From: Eimeria praecox
Lineage: Eukaryota
Assembly: GCA_963920595.1 (NCBI GenBank)
Contig: OY986948.1
Location: 62,001 to 126,000 of the forward strand
Direction of reading: 5' to 3'
DNA length: 64,000 nt
In this document: piece by piece, positions 1 to 13,049 of the stretch
How the letters are laid out: each line of letters starts with the position of its first letter
Position numbering within the stretch: position 1 is the first letter of the stretch
Notes under the pieces: generated by a model
The model's database searches: none
What the model saw: only the letters and a program-made list of their open reading frames with translations
What the model was told of the DNA's origin: nothing
Translations under genes and position numbers: made by a program

Positions 1-2039
1 TGAGCAACCGTGTGCCACAAGGCTGCGTTATTACGTGAGCCAACTACACGATGCCTCAATCCTCTCATGCACCCACTCGCTGGAGCATGTCTTCACCAAA
101 GCTGTGCCCGTTACGTAAACAAATATTATCTATAACAGATATAACACAATACCCACGTAATGGATGTAGAGTTAAAAAAAATAAAAAAGCCCCATATGCA
201 GGTACCGTTGCATGCTCGTTTTAGGTAACAATCCCGCGGGTTTCACCCATCATGGCAAACACTGGCTAAATTTCGAGTCAAAGAGCCACATGGACAGCCA
301 CCTGGAACGCTGGGGGAGGCACAGGGTTGGTATGGCCTTGAACAGAACGACGACGCACCAAGCCTGCCAGCTGAGGACGGAATTCCCCAGTAATTGCAGT
401 GGGGAAGATTATAAGAAGCGGCGCGATGGCAACAAGTCGAAAACGCAAAAATGCTCTCTGCCGCATGCATCGGTGGGTGCGCGTGCTTCCGTGCTTAGGG
501 AGCTGGATCCAAATGCAACTAATGCCAAATGTCCACTCTATACATCGTGCCTTTATCAAATACTACACATAGAATGGCAGACACACACCTTGCGGGCAGA
601 CAGAAAAAAGATGATATGCTCTACACTTGAGCACTAATATTAATTCTCTCGCCGCGCGGGACCTCTTCGCTAGCTAGGCATTCCCTTGAAACGCCGAAAC
701 AGCTATTATAATGATAATGCGTCGGCACAGTTCGGCAGCACAACACACGAAAGATGTATTAAATATCCAACAGCGCTCGTGGTTTTGGCAAACCCATGAA
801 TCTGAGTGAAGCCTGCTTGGCATCTCAGCTGGACACCCTGGCTTCTAACGCGATGCCTTCCCTTGCGCGCATATCTGGTCCCCGTTACAGTTCCACAAGA
901 GGCCCCGCAGACCTGCTTCTGCAGTAGTGATACACGGAGTACACAGCTTATTGGAACACTGCAATTTGGGGTATAGTATCGTCTATACACTCATCTGAAC
1001 ATAACAACGCAGTGCTGGCGCACTATGAGAACTACCTGCTCCAACTAACCTACAGCATTTCCATAAGGAAGCCAAACTCCAAATGGGTCCATAGCACCAC
1101 ACCTTTCTGCAGCTGACGTGTTTGCTATATCCTCCGTCGATATAACGACAGGTGAAACGGACAAGGCTGCATACGCACGAGTATAACTGCACTTCCGAGA
1201 AACAAAGGAACCCGAATATTCTCCGCTGCGTGCTCCAAGCTTGAAGTCCATAAGCAACTGCTTGCCACATGAGACTATGCCTTCGCCCCCAAACCTGAGT
1301 TGCCTACGTGCGAAACCTGCCACAAACGCACTGGCTGCACGCTCAATTAACCCACATAAACTCACTATTTTTCGACGACGCACATGCAGGTCCTGCATTG
1401 CTACTGCATTTGAGTCATCGCGTGAACTACCCTTTCAGCACTACCTGAAGCAATATAACTCAGCCAGCTAAAGGCGACTGCCCTGCTCCACCAAGCTAAA
1501 AACAATTTCGTCGCTGCATTTCAACACCGGTCTATACACTTAGCACTCCATAGGAGTAACTAAAGCCTCCAGTAGCCGTAATATCACGACATGGATCACT
1601 AACAGACCATGCGGACAGCAGGATGAACTAACCAATCGCCACTGGTTGCGGTGAACCTCGTAGCCGAATATCAGGGCTTGAAGGATGCTTCGAAGTTGCG
1701 GCTGCATAACAACCATGTGCCGAACACGTCTACGACTGAACCCATATGGCCCCATATGTTCACGTTTCTGGATCGGATCGTGTTTAGATCGTAGCCACGT
1801 CCAACGCCCAACAACCACATAGGTGGCCACCCACCGGCTACGATGTGCACACCAGCCACTGCCAGTTCGACTTAATCACAAAGAATCCACCAAAATGCAA
1901 CTAAATCCTCATGTCCACATGTTTGGTTATCGTCCTTTTTGCGGTTTTGTGCAGCACGGCTGCTGTCCATTTGCATGGAACGGGAGTCATCCAACATCGC
2001 CTACGTCGCGTATCACAGAGGCATTTTGGCGTCCACATG

Positions 2040-5000
2040 AACACACAAGCAACCCGCTCACACTGTCCTGAGAGAGCGCTGCAGTAGGGCACACGGACCA
2101 AGTCTCGTCTGGTCGAAGCCAAATATGGGCGCGACGAACCAAGAAGACACCAATGTGCGGCAGCGTAATCATGAAGCGCCAGCGCTAAGCACCTATGCAT
2201 CAATTGCATCTTTTGCCTGGCCCACCCCCCTCATGCAGTGCGCACTTGCTGTATGTCCCGTCATTGTGGAACCTGTGCTCATCGTGCTACACAGACACAC
2301 CCTCCGCGCCCCCGTCACCCGTACACCCTCTTCTGGGAAATCTACTGATATTAATCCTCCATCCCATTGCACCAACCAATTCCTGTCTTGAGCAGGCAGC
2401 CAGCCTGCTAGCTCGCCGTTTGCGTGAGAAAGCGCATGCCATACGGTGTTACTAGCGCACCACAGTAATGCATCATCCGGACACGCACAACTGGTGAGGT
2501 CCAGCCAGTGCTATGCTATGCTTGTTCTTGCAGTGCCAAGGGAAGTGCATAAGGCTAGCAATGCGCTCGGAAACCGCCGCTGCAGGGCAGCTCGATGCTT
2601 TGAATACATATAGGTGTGTTAGCCGAGCCACACTGTGCAAATCAAAGGCCCCCCCAATGTCCACTTTCTACGTTAGCGGCCAGCAGGCGTCTGCTCGCTC
2701 CGCAATGCTTGTACGCCTTCTGGCTTTGCATGGCTTTTGCATGTGCTTGCAGATGCCCCACAGTCACACCCAACTCCCAGCATTTACGACGCTTTCCTCA
2801 AGCACGACCCAGTGTCTGCCTGGACGCTCGACAGCACTTCGCTTAACCTGGAATATTCGTCTAGAATTGAAAACGTCACACCGCCAGGTTCACTGCATCG
2901 AACACTAACTGTATCACTTCTCTCGGCAACTAAGGAAACCGAACACTGTAGGCTGAATGCTCAAACGTTGAACTTGGTAAGCGGCTGTTTGCCGCAGACG
3001 ATTGTACCTTTGCCCCCAACCCTGAGTTGCCTGCGTGCGAAACCTGTCATATACACACTGCCTGCATGCTCAATTGATCCGCCCATAGTCACTGTTCTTG
3101 GAAAACGCATATGTAGGTCTTCTACTGCGTTGATGCTGCACCTGAGTGGTTCCGTGCCATTTCAGGGGACTGCCAGACTCATGGCAAGCAGAAAAACCCT
3201 ACACCCCCATCAAACCCTTCAAGACCTGGTGCTACCGCAGTACCACGCATTAACGCAGGCCTAGGGAGGATGGAGAAGGCTGCATGCGCCAAAAATCAGT
3301 TGTGCTCCTCAGAAGCCAAGGAAACCTATGACTCTCTGCTGCGTCATCAGAGTTCGAAGTGGGTAGGCGCCTGTTTGCCAAGCAACTGTTTCTTGGCATC
3401 TCAACGTAAGGTGCCAGTACCCCAATCGCCTGATATGCGCACTGGGCGGTCCGCATATATCGTTCGTCTAGTCCTGTGTGGAGCATTGTGCATACTGGCT
3501 GCTGCACCATGTGACCAATGCGCGCTGGAGCTCAACATAAATAGTACTAGTAAAAACGACCACACGCTTGCAAAAGGAATTCATATACTACACAGATTAT
3601 GAGAGTGCACTGTGTCTGGTTCTACCAAAGCTTAAATATTCAACTTAACATTAGGCATATTGTGAGTTTGGGTCTTACTGCAACCTCTATATGGCTTATC
3701 CCCCTCTCAAAAGGCCACTGCTCTCTCACGACGTCACAGCCTTGCATTGCTGCTGCATCTGTGTTTGGGTCCGCAGCGGCGATTCTCTGCCTTCCACGTG
3801 CACCCTACATCGCCTGCGCCGCGCGCCACATTGACATTTGGACATCCGCATGCAAACACAAGCAACCCGTTCACACTGTCCCGAGAGAGCGCTGCAGTAG
3901 GGCACACGGACCAAGTCTCGTCTGGTCGAAGCCAAATATGGGCGCGACGAACCAAGAAGACACCAATGTGCGGCAGCGTAATCATGAAGCGCCAGCGCTA
4001 AGCACCTATGCATCAATTGCATCTTTTGCCTGGCCCACCCCCCTCATGCAGTGCGCACTTGCTGTATGTCCCGTCATTGTGGAACCTGTGCTCATCGTGC
4101 TACACAGACACACCCTCCGCGCCCCCGTCACCCGTACACCCTCTTCTGGGAAATCTACTGATATTAATCCTCCATCCCATTGCACCAACCAATTCCTGTC
4201 TTGAGCAGGCAGCCAGCCTGCTAGCTCGCCGTTTGCGTGAGAAAGCGCATGCCATACGGTGTTACTAGCGCACCACAGTAATGCATCATCCGGACACGCA
4301 CAACTGGTGAGGTCCAGTCAGTGCTATGCTATGCTTGTTCTTGCAGTGCCAAGGGAAGTGCATAGGGCTAGCAATGCTCTCGGAAACCGCCGCTGCAGGG
4401 CAGCTCGATGTTTTGAATACATATAGGTGTGTTAGCCGAGCCAAACTGTGCAAATCAAAATCCCGCCACATACGCACTTGCTGCGTCAGCAGTCAGCAAC
4501 CATCTTCTGGCCCCGCAATACTTATACACCGTCTGGCTTTGCATGGCTTTTGCATGTGCTTGCAGATGCCCCACAATCACACCCAACTCCCAGCATTTAC
4601 GACGCTTTCCTCAAGCACGACCCAGTGTCTGCCTGGACGCTCGACAGCACTTCGCTTAACCTGGAATATTCGTCTAGAATTGAAAACGTCACACCGCCAG
4701 GTTCACTGCATCGAACACTAACTGTATCACTTCTCTCGGCAACTAAGGAAACCGAACACTGTAGGCTGAATGCTCAAACGTTGAACTTGGTAAGCGGCTG
4801 TTTGCCGCAGACGATTGTACCTTTGCCCCCAACCCTGAGTTGCCTGCGTGCGAAACCTGTCATATACACACTGCCTGCATGCTCAATTGATCCGCCCATA
4901 GTCACTGTTCTTGGAAAACGCATATGTAGGTCTTCTACTGCGTTGATGCTGCACCTGAGTGGTTCCGTGCCATTTCAGGGGACTGCCAGACTCATGGCAA

Positions 5001-7070
5001 GCAGAAAAACCCTACACCCCCATCAAACCCTTCAAGACCTGGTGCTACCGCAGTACCACGCATTAACGCAGGCCTAGGGAGGATGGAGAAGGCTGCATGC
5101 GCCAAAAATCAGTTGTGCTCCTCAGAAGCCAAGGAAACCTATGACTCTCTGCTGCGTCATCAGAGTTCGAAGTGGGTAGGCAGCTGTTTGCCAAGCAGCT
5201 GTTTCTTGGCATCTCAACGTAAGGTGCCAGTACCCCAATCGCCTGATATGCGCACTGGGCGGTCCGCATATATCGTCCGTCTAGTCCTGTGTGGAGCCTT
5301 GTGCATACTGGCTGCTGCACCATGTGACCAATGCGCGCTGGAGCTCAACATAAATAGTACTAGTAAAAACGACCACACGCTTGCAAAAGGAATTCATATA
5401 CTACACAGATTATGAGAGTGCACTGTGTCTGGTTCTACCAAAGCTTAAATATTCAACTTAACATTAGGCATATTGTGAGTTTGGGTCTTACTGCAACCTC
5501 TATATGGCTTATCCCCCTCTCAAAAGGCCACTGCTCTCTCACGACGTCACAGCCTTGCATTGCTGCTGCATCTGTGTTTGGGTCCGCAGCGGCGATTCTC
5601 TGCCTTCCACGTGCACCCTACATCGCCTGCGCCGCGCGCCACATTGACATTTGGACATCCGCATGCAAACACAAGCAACCCGTTCACACTGTCCCGAGAG
5701 AGCGCTGCAGTAGGGCACACGGACCAAGTCTCGTCTGGTCGAAGCCAAATATGGACGCGACGAACCAAGAAGACTCCAATGTGCAGCAGCGTAATCATGA
5801 AGCGCCAGCGCTAAGCACCTATGCATCAATTGCATCTTTTGCCTGGCCCACCCCCCTCATGCAGTGCGCACTTGCTGTATGTCCCGTCATTGTGGAACCT
5901 GTGCTCACCGTGCTACACAGACACACCCTCCGCGCCCCCGTCACCCGTAAACCCTCTTCTGAGAAGTCTACTGATATTAATCCTCCATCCCATTGCACCA
6001 ACCAATTCCTGTCTTGAGCAGGCAGCAAGCCTGCCGGCTCGCCGTTTGCGTGAGAAAGCGCATGCCATACGGTGTTACTAGCGCACCACAGCAATGCATC
6101 ATCCGGACACGCACAACTGGTGAGGTCCAGCCAGTGCTATGCTATGCTTGTTCTTGCAGTGCCAAGGGAAGTGCATAAGGCTAGCAATGCGCTCGGAAAC
6201 CGCCGCTGCAGGGCAGCTCGATGCTTTGAATACATATAGGTGTGTTAGCCGAGCCACACTGTGCAAATCAAAGGCCCCCCCAATGTCCACTTTCTACGTT
6301 AGCGGCCAGCAGGCGTCTGCTCGCTCCGCAATGCTTGTACGCCTTCTGGCTTTGCATGGCTTTTGCATGTGCTTGCAGATGCCCCACAGTCACACCCAAC
6401 TCCCAGCATTTACGACGCTTTTTCTTCAAGCACGACCCAGTGTCTGCCTGGACGCTCGACAGCACTTCGCTTAACCTGGAATATTCGTCTAGAATTGAAA
6501 ACGTCACACCGCCAGGTTCACTGCATCGAACACTAACTGTATCACTTCTCTCGGCAACTAAGGAAACCGAACACTGTAGGCTGAATGCTCAAACGTTGAA
6601 CTTGGTAAGCGGCTGTTTGCCGCAGACGATTGTACCTTTGCCCCCAACCCTGAGTTGCCTGCGTGCGAAACCTGTCATATACACACTGCCTGCATGCTCA
6701 ATTGATCCGCCCATAGTCACTGTTCTTGGAAAACGCATATGTAGGTCTTCTACTGCGTTGATGCTGCACCTGAGTGGTTCCGTGCCATTTCAGGGGACTG
6801 CCAGACTCATGGCAAGCAGAAAAACCCTACACCCCCATCAAACCCTTCAAGACCTGGTGCTACCGCAGTACCACGCATTAACGCAGGTCTAGGGAGGATG
6901 GAGAAGGCTGCATGCGCCAAAAATCAGTTGTGCTCCTCAGAAGCCAAGGAAACCTATGACTCTCTGCTGCGTCATCAGAGTTCGAAGTGGGTAGGCAGCT
7001 GTTTGCCAAGCAACTGTTTCTTGGCATCTCAACGTAATGTGCCAGTACCCCAATCGCCTGATATGCGCAC
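2040..7070 (+). repeat. Homogeneous 1813-bp sub-array 1 (about 2.8 copies)
   Basis: Near-identical ORFs at 2195/4008/5821 and 3599/5412, offset 1813. Confidence 0.95.
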
Positions 7071-8999
7071 TGGCTGGTCCCGCAAATATCGTCCGTCTAG
7101 TCCTGTGTGGAGCCTTGTGCATGCAAGCGGCTAATGCATGGGGTGTGATTCACACTGGAGTTCATTATTAAAAATGCTAACAACAGTAATTGTCGGGGAA
7201 CGCGTGTATTAGAAAATGGTGGTTTCGGGTCTCGTAGGTTTTATACACTCACGGAGGCACAGTGGGTGAAGGATGGCGCACTACGGCGGCTGGCTGCTCT
7301 AACCAGAATACAACGCCATCAACTGGACCAAACAATCGAAACGGATTGGTGGCAAAAGGACGAACCCGCCGGAAGCTTTTGTAGCACCCGTCATCGATAC
7401 AATGACAGAAAGCACGAACAAGGCTGCATATGCAAGAGCCTAATTTAGTTGAAGGGCTAAGGGAGTCGAATACTGTTGGCTGAGTGACACTAAGGGAACC
7501 GAACAATGTCGGCTGAATGATTAAACGCTGAACTTGGTAAATGGCTCTTTGCCACATGAGATTGTGTCTTCGCCTCCAAACCTGATTTGCTTACGCGGGA
7601 AATCCGTCATATACGCACTGGCTGCAAGCTCAGTTAGTCCATCCATACTCACTGCTTTTGGAAAACCCGTATGCATGTCCTATACTGCATTGATGTTCCA
7701 TCTGAGTGTATCCGCGCCAGTGCGGGCGACTGTCGGGCTCTGGACAAGCAGCAACCCCCCCATAAATACGTCAAAGAGCTAACTCGATATCCCCATCAAA
7801 GGCATTAAGACCTGGTGTTCCCGTAGTATGGCGCATTGATGTAGGACTAGGGAGGTTGGACAAGACTCCGCGCTCCAAAAGCCAGTTGTGATCAGAAACC
7901 GAAGAAAATTATAGTCGGCTGCTTGCTCAAAGGTCAAAGTGAGTAGGTGGCTGTTATTCGTGCTAGTGTTCCACCCCCCACCACCCCCCCCCCTTTGTAC
8001 CTTGCCGGTACCCCAATCGCCTCATGTGCGCACCGGCTGCGTCATGTATATATCGTCATTCTGCTCGTCAGTGTAGTCTCGCGCATACTGGCTGTAAACC
8101 TTGGGATGTAACCCATTCTGGAGATCGAGGTATGCGGCTAGCAAAAGCAGGCCTGCTTTTGTAATAGTAATCCACAGACTACACCGTCCATTAGAGCATG
8201 GTGTTCTTGGTTATAGTAAATTTTATACACTCGTTTGAGCATAATAACTGAATGCTGGCGCACTATGCCGGCTATCGGCTCCAACCAACATACAACACCA
8301 CCATCACGCACGCCAAACTCCAAACGGGCCAGAGCGTCAGCCCTTTCTCCACAAGGCATTTTTGTTATATCTGTCGTTAGCATAATAATAGGGAGCATGG
8401 AAAACGCTGATTGAGCTTCTGAGGAGCCAGGGAACCTGAATATTGTCTACTTAGTGCTAAAAGGAACTTGGTAAGCCGCTGTTTGCCAGATGATATTGTG
8501 CCTTCGCCACCAGACCAAACTTGTCCAAGTGTGAAATCCATCATATACACACTGGCTAGACGTTCAGTTGATCCATCCATACTCACTGTGTTTGAACTAC
8601 CATCTGCAGGTTCTGCGCTGGTGTTGCATCTGACTGTTGGCTTGGGGGTGCGGATGACTGCCTGCTCACAAACAAACAGGCAGACCCCCATAAATACTTC
8701 AAACTGCCACCTCGATACTCCCATTAAAGGCTTTAACACCTCGTGTTTGGTCTTTCCCTATCTTCCCACATTAACGCAGGACTACGCAGGATGGACAAGG
8801 CTACATGCGCCAAAGGCTGCATGTGCCAAAAATCAGTTGTGCTCCTCAGAAGCCAAGGAAACCTATGACTCTCTTCTGCGTCTTCAGAGTTCGAAGTGGG
8901 TAGGCGCCTGTTTGCCAAGCAACTGTTTCTTGGCATCTCAACGTAAGGTGCCAGTACCCCAATCGCCTAATATGCGCACTGGGTGGTCCCGCATATATC

Positions 9000-9850
9000 G
9001 TTCGTCTAGTCCTGTGTGGAGCCTTGTGCATACTGGCTGCCACAACATGTGCCCAATGCGCGCTGAAGCTCAGCATAAACAGTAAAGGCCCAACGCTTCA
9101 AACGTAATTCATATACTACACAGATTATGAGAGTGCACTGTGTCTGGTTCTACCAAAGCTTAAATATTCAACTTAACATTAGGCATATTGTGAGTTTGGG
9201 TCTTACTGCAACCTCTATATGGCTTATCCCCCTCTCAAAAGGCCACTGCTCTCTCACGACGTCACGGCCTTGCATTGCTGCTGCATCTGTGTTTGGGTCC
9301 GCAGCGGCGATTCCCTGCCTTCCACATGCACCATACACCGTCTGGGCCGTGTGCCACTTTGTGTTTTGGACATCCGCATGGAAATACCAGCTAACCGCTC
9401 GCACTATTCCTTTGCCCCTCAGCACAAGCTGCCGGTGCCCTAACTCGCTGATATCCGCACTGGCTGACCCATGCATTTATCGTTCGTCTAGTCCTGTGTG
9501 GAGCCTTGTGCACACTGGCTTCCACACCGTGGGACCAATGCGCGCTGGAGCTCAACATAAATAGTGAAGGCCCAACGCTTGCAAAAGGAATTCATATACT
9601 ACACAGATTATGAGAGTGCACTGTGTCTGGTTCTACCAAAGCTTAAATATTCAACTTAACATTAGGCATATTGTGAGTTTGGGTCTTACTGCAACCTCTA
9701 TATGGCTTATCCCCCTCTCAAAAGGCCACTGCTCTCTCACGACGTCACGGCCTTGCATTGCTGCTGCATCTGTGTTTGGGTCCGCAGCGGCGGTTCCCTG
9801 CCTTCCACGTGCACCCTACATCGCCTGCGCCGCGCGCCACATTGACATTT
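9000..9850 (+). repeat. Partial-unit tandem duplication, 483-bp period (also ~25660-26510; related truncated unit ~37009-37490)
   Basis: The MRVHCVWFYQ.. ORF starts at 9127 and 9610, and at 25786 and 26269. Confidence 0.88.
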
Positions 9851-12536
9851 GGGCATCCGCATGCAAATACGAGCAACCCGTTCACACTGTTTTGAGAGAG
9901 CGCTGCAGCAGGGCATACGGACCAAGTCTCGTCTGGTCGAAGACAAATATGGACGCGACGAACCAAGAAGACTCCAATGTGCGGCAGCGTAATCATGAAG
10001 CGCCAGCGCTAAGCACCTATGCATCAATTGCATCTTTGCCTGGCCCACCCGCCTCAAGCAGTGCGCACTCCCTGCGTGTCGTGTAATTGTCGAACCCGTG
10101 CTCACCGCCCTACACAGACACACCCTCCGCGCCCCCATCACCCGTACACCCTCTTCGGAGAAATCTACTGATATTAATCCTCCATCCCATTGCACCAACC
10201 AATTCCTGTCTTGAACAGGCAGCCAGCCTGCTAGCTCGCCGTCTGCGTGAAAAAGCGCATGCCATTTGGTGTTACTAGCGCACCACAGTAATGCATCATC
10301 CGGACACGCACAACTGGTGAGGTCCAGTCAGGGCTATGCTATGCTTGTTCTTGCAGTGCCAAGGGAAGTGCATAAGGCTAGCAATGCGCTCGGAAACCGC
10401 CGCTGCAGGGCAGCTCGATGCTTCGAATACATATAGGTGTGTGAGTCGAGCCAAACTGTGCAAATCAAAATCCCGCCACATACGCACTTGCTGCGTCAGC
10501 AGTCAGCAACCATCTTCTGGCCCCGCAATACTTATACACCGTCTGGCTTTGCATGGCCTCTGCATGTGCTTGCAGATGCCCCACAATCACACCCAACTCC
10601 CAGCATTTACGACGCTTTCCTCAAGCACGATCAAGTGTCTGCCTATACGCTCGACAACACTTCGCTTAACCTGGAATATTCGTCTAGAATTGAAAACGTC
10701 ACACCGCCAGGCTCGCTGCACCGAGCATTAATAGTATCTCTTCTCTGAGCAACTAAGGAAACCGAACACTGTAGGCTGAATGCTCAAACGTTGAACTTGG
10801 TAAGCGGCTGTTTGCCGCAGACGATTGTACCTTTGCCCCCAACCCTGAGTTGCCTACGTGTGAAATCATATACGCACTGGCTGCAAGCTCAGTTAATCCA
10901 TTCATGCTCATTGTGCTTGCAGGTCCATTTGCAGGTCCTGCATTGCACTAATGCTGCATATGAGTGGTTCCGTGAAAAAGCAGGAGACTGCCGGCCTACC
11001 CACAAGGAGCCATTCCCCCCCATAAATACGCCAAACTGCAATCTCGATATCCCCACCAAAACCTTCAAGACCTGGTGCTCCCGCAGTACCACGCATTAAT
11101 GCATGTCTAGGGAGGATGGACAAGGCTGCATGCGCCAAACAGCAGTTGTGCTCCTCAGAAACCAAGGAGGCCGATGACGGTCAACTGCGTGATCAAAGTT
11201 AAAATTAAATAGGTGGCTGTTTGGCAAGCGGCGTTCTTCACCCATCTTAACTTATTCTACAGGTGGCCTAACCCCGTCCTGCAAGCATTGGCTGCGTCAT
11301 GCCCATATCTCCCCCTTACGCTTGTGTGCAGCAGGGCACACGGACCAAGTCTCGTCTGGTCGAAGCCAAATATCGACGCGACGAACCAAGAAGACACCAA
11401 TGTGCGGCAGCGTAATCATGAAGCGCCAGCGCTAAGCACCTATGCATCAATTGCATCTTTTGCCTGGCCCACCCGCCTCAAGCAGTCCGCACTCGCTGTG
11501 TGTCGTGTCGTTGTCGAACCCGTGCTCATCGTGCTACGCAGACACACACTTCGCGCCCCCGTCACCCGTATACCCGCTTATGAGAAATCTACTAATATTA
11601 ACCCCCCACCCCATTGCACCAACCATTTCATGTCTTGAGCAGGCAGCCAGCCTGCTAGCTCGCCGTTTGCGTGAGAAAGCGCATGCCATATGGTGTTACT
11701 AGCGCACCACAGTAATGCCTCATCCGGAGACGCACAACTGGTGAGGTCCAGTCAGTGCTATGCTATGCTTGTTCTTGCAGTGCCAAGGGAAGTGCATAGG
11801 GCTAGCAATGCGCTCGGAAACCGCCGCTGCAGGGCAGCTCGATGTTTTGAATACATATAGGTGTGTGAGTCGAGCCAAACTGTGCAAATCAAAAGCCCGC
11901 CACATACGCACTTGCTGCGTCAGCAGTCAGCAGGCATCTGGTGGCCCCGCAATGCTTGTGCACCTTCTGGCTTTGCATGGCTTCTGCATGTGCTTGTAGA
12001 TGCTCCACAGTCACACCCAACTCCCAGCATTCACGGCCCTTTCCTCAACCACGATCCAGTGCCGGCCTAGACGCCCGACAACACTTCGCTAAACCTGCAA
12101 TGCACCTCGGGAGTTGGACGCCTACTCCATAAGCTTGCGTGCAGCGAACAACAACTGTGCCTCTGCAAAAACAAGGACGCCGAATGCTGTTGACTGGGTG
12201 CTCAAATGGCGAAGTTGGTACATTGTTGTTTGTCGCATGGGATTATGCCTTTGCTCCCATAACGTCAGTTGCCTACATGCGAAATCCGTTGTATACCCCC
12301 TAGCTGCACGCTCAATTGATTCATCCATATCCACTGTGTTTGGAAAATGCATCTGCAGGTCCTGTACTGATGCTGCATCTGAGTGGTTCCGCGCCAGTGC
12401 GGGCGACTGTCGGCCCAAGCACATGCAGCAACCACCCCGATAAACACGCCATACTGCTAAATCGATATCATCATCAAGACCTGCAAGGCATGGTGTTCCC
12501 GCAGTATCGCGCTTTGGCGCAGGAATAAGGAGGATG

Positions 12537-12694
12537 CCTAACACATGCAAATTAAAAAGTTAAACACTAACTATAGTGAATTGCTTGTGCGATCCCCCGT
12601 CAACTTCCTTTCAGTTTCACTCTTGCCAGCGTACTACTCCTTAGCGTTCGTATATCAGAGTCAGTACTGCCCCACTAAAATGCCTTCGCTTTTG
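12537..12694. other. 158-bp non-LRR insertion in module C units (also 29197-29354, 39001-39158, 40986-41143)
   Basis: It interrupts the otherwise contiguous consensus ggaggatg|gacaaggct seen in other units (e.g. ~11112-11128). TG is present at both junctions. Confidence 0.85.
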
Positions 12695-13049
12695 GACATG
12701 GCTCCATGGGCCAAAAATCAGTTGTGCTCCTCAGAAACCAAGGGCGGCTATTAATGTCAAATGTGTGTTTAGAGTTCCAAGTGTGGGTAGTCGGCTGTCT
12801 GCCATGCAACTGTTCCTTTGCATCTCAACGTAAGGTGCCGGTACCCCAATCCCCCTCATACGCGCACTATCTGAGTCATGCATGTACCGTCCGTCTAGTC
12901 CTATGCGCAGTCTTGCGAGTACTGGCGGCCACACCACGGAACCAAATTCTTGGGGCAGCTCAACATAAACAGCAGTATGCAAACGCTATTCATATACTAC
13001 ACAGATTATTCCAGTACAGTGCTCCTGGTTGTAGCGAAGCTTAAATATT

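Noticed and set aside
3599..4204. Recurrent 201-aa and 209-216-aa + strand ORFs as real tandem genes
   Set aside because: LRR-like words hop between all three frames, the ORFs overlap each other, and they are broken in many sister units. They are best read as open fragments of a pseudogene.
6416..6428. Net +2 nt in a T-run that fuses frames into the 216-aa ORF 6242-6892
   Set aside because: It is a single-copy homopolymer change absent from the duplicated block, so it may be slippage or a sequencing error.
7249..7557. Minus-strand VLR-like LRR (VTQPTVFDSLS)
   Set aside because: It is a single isolated word produced by a local 33-bp duplication. The consistent LRR signal is on the + strand.
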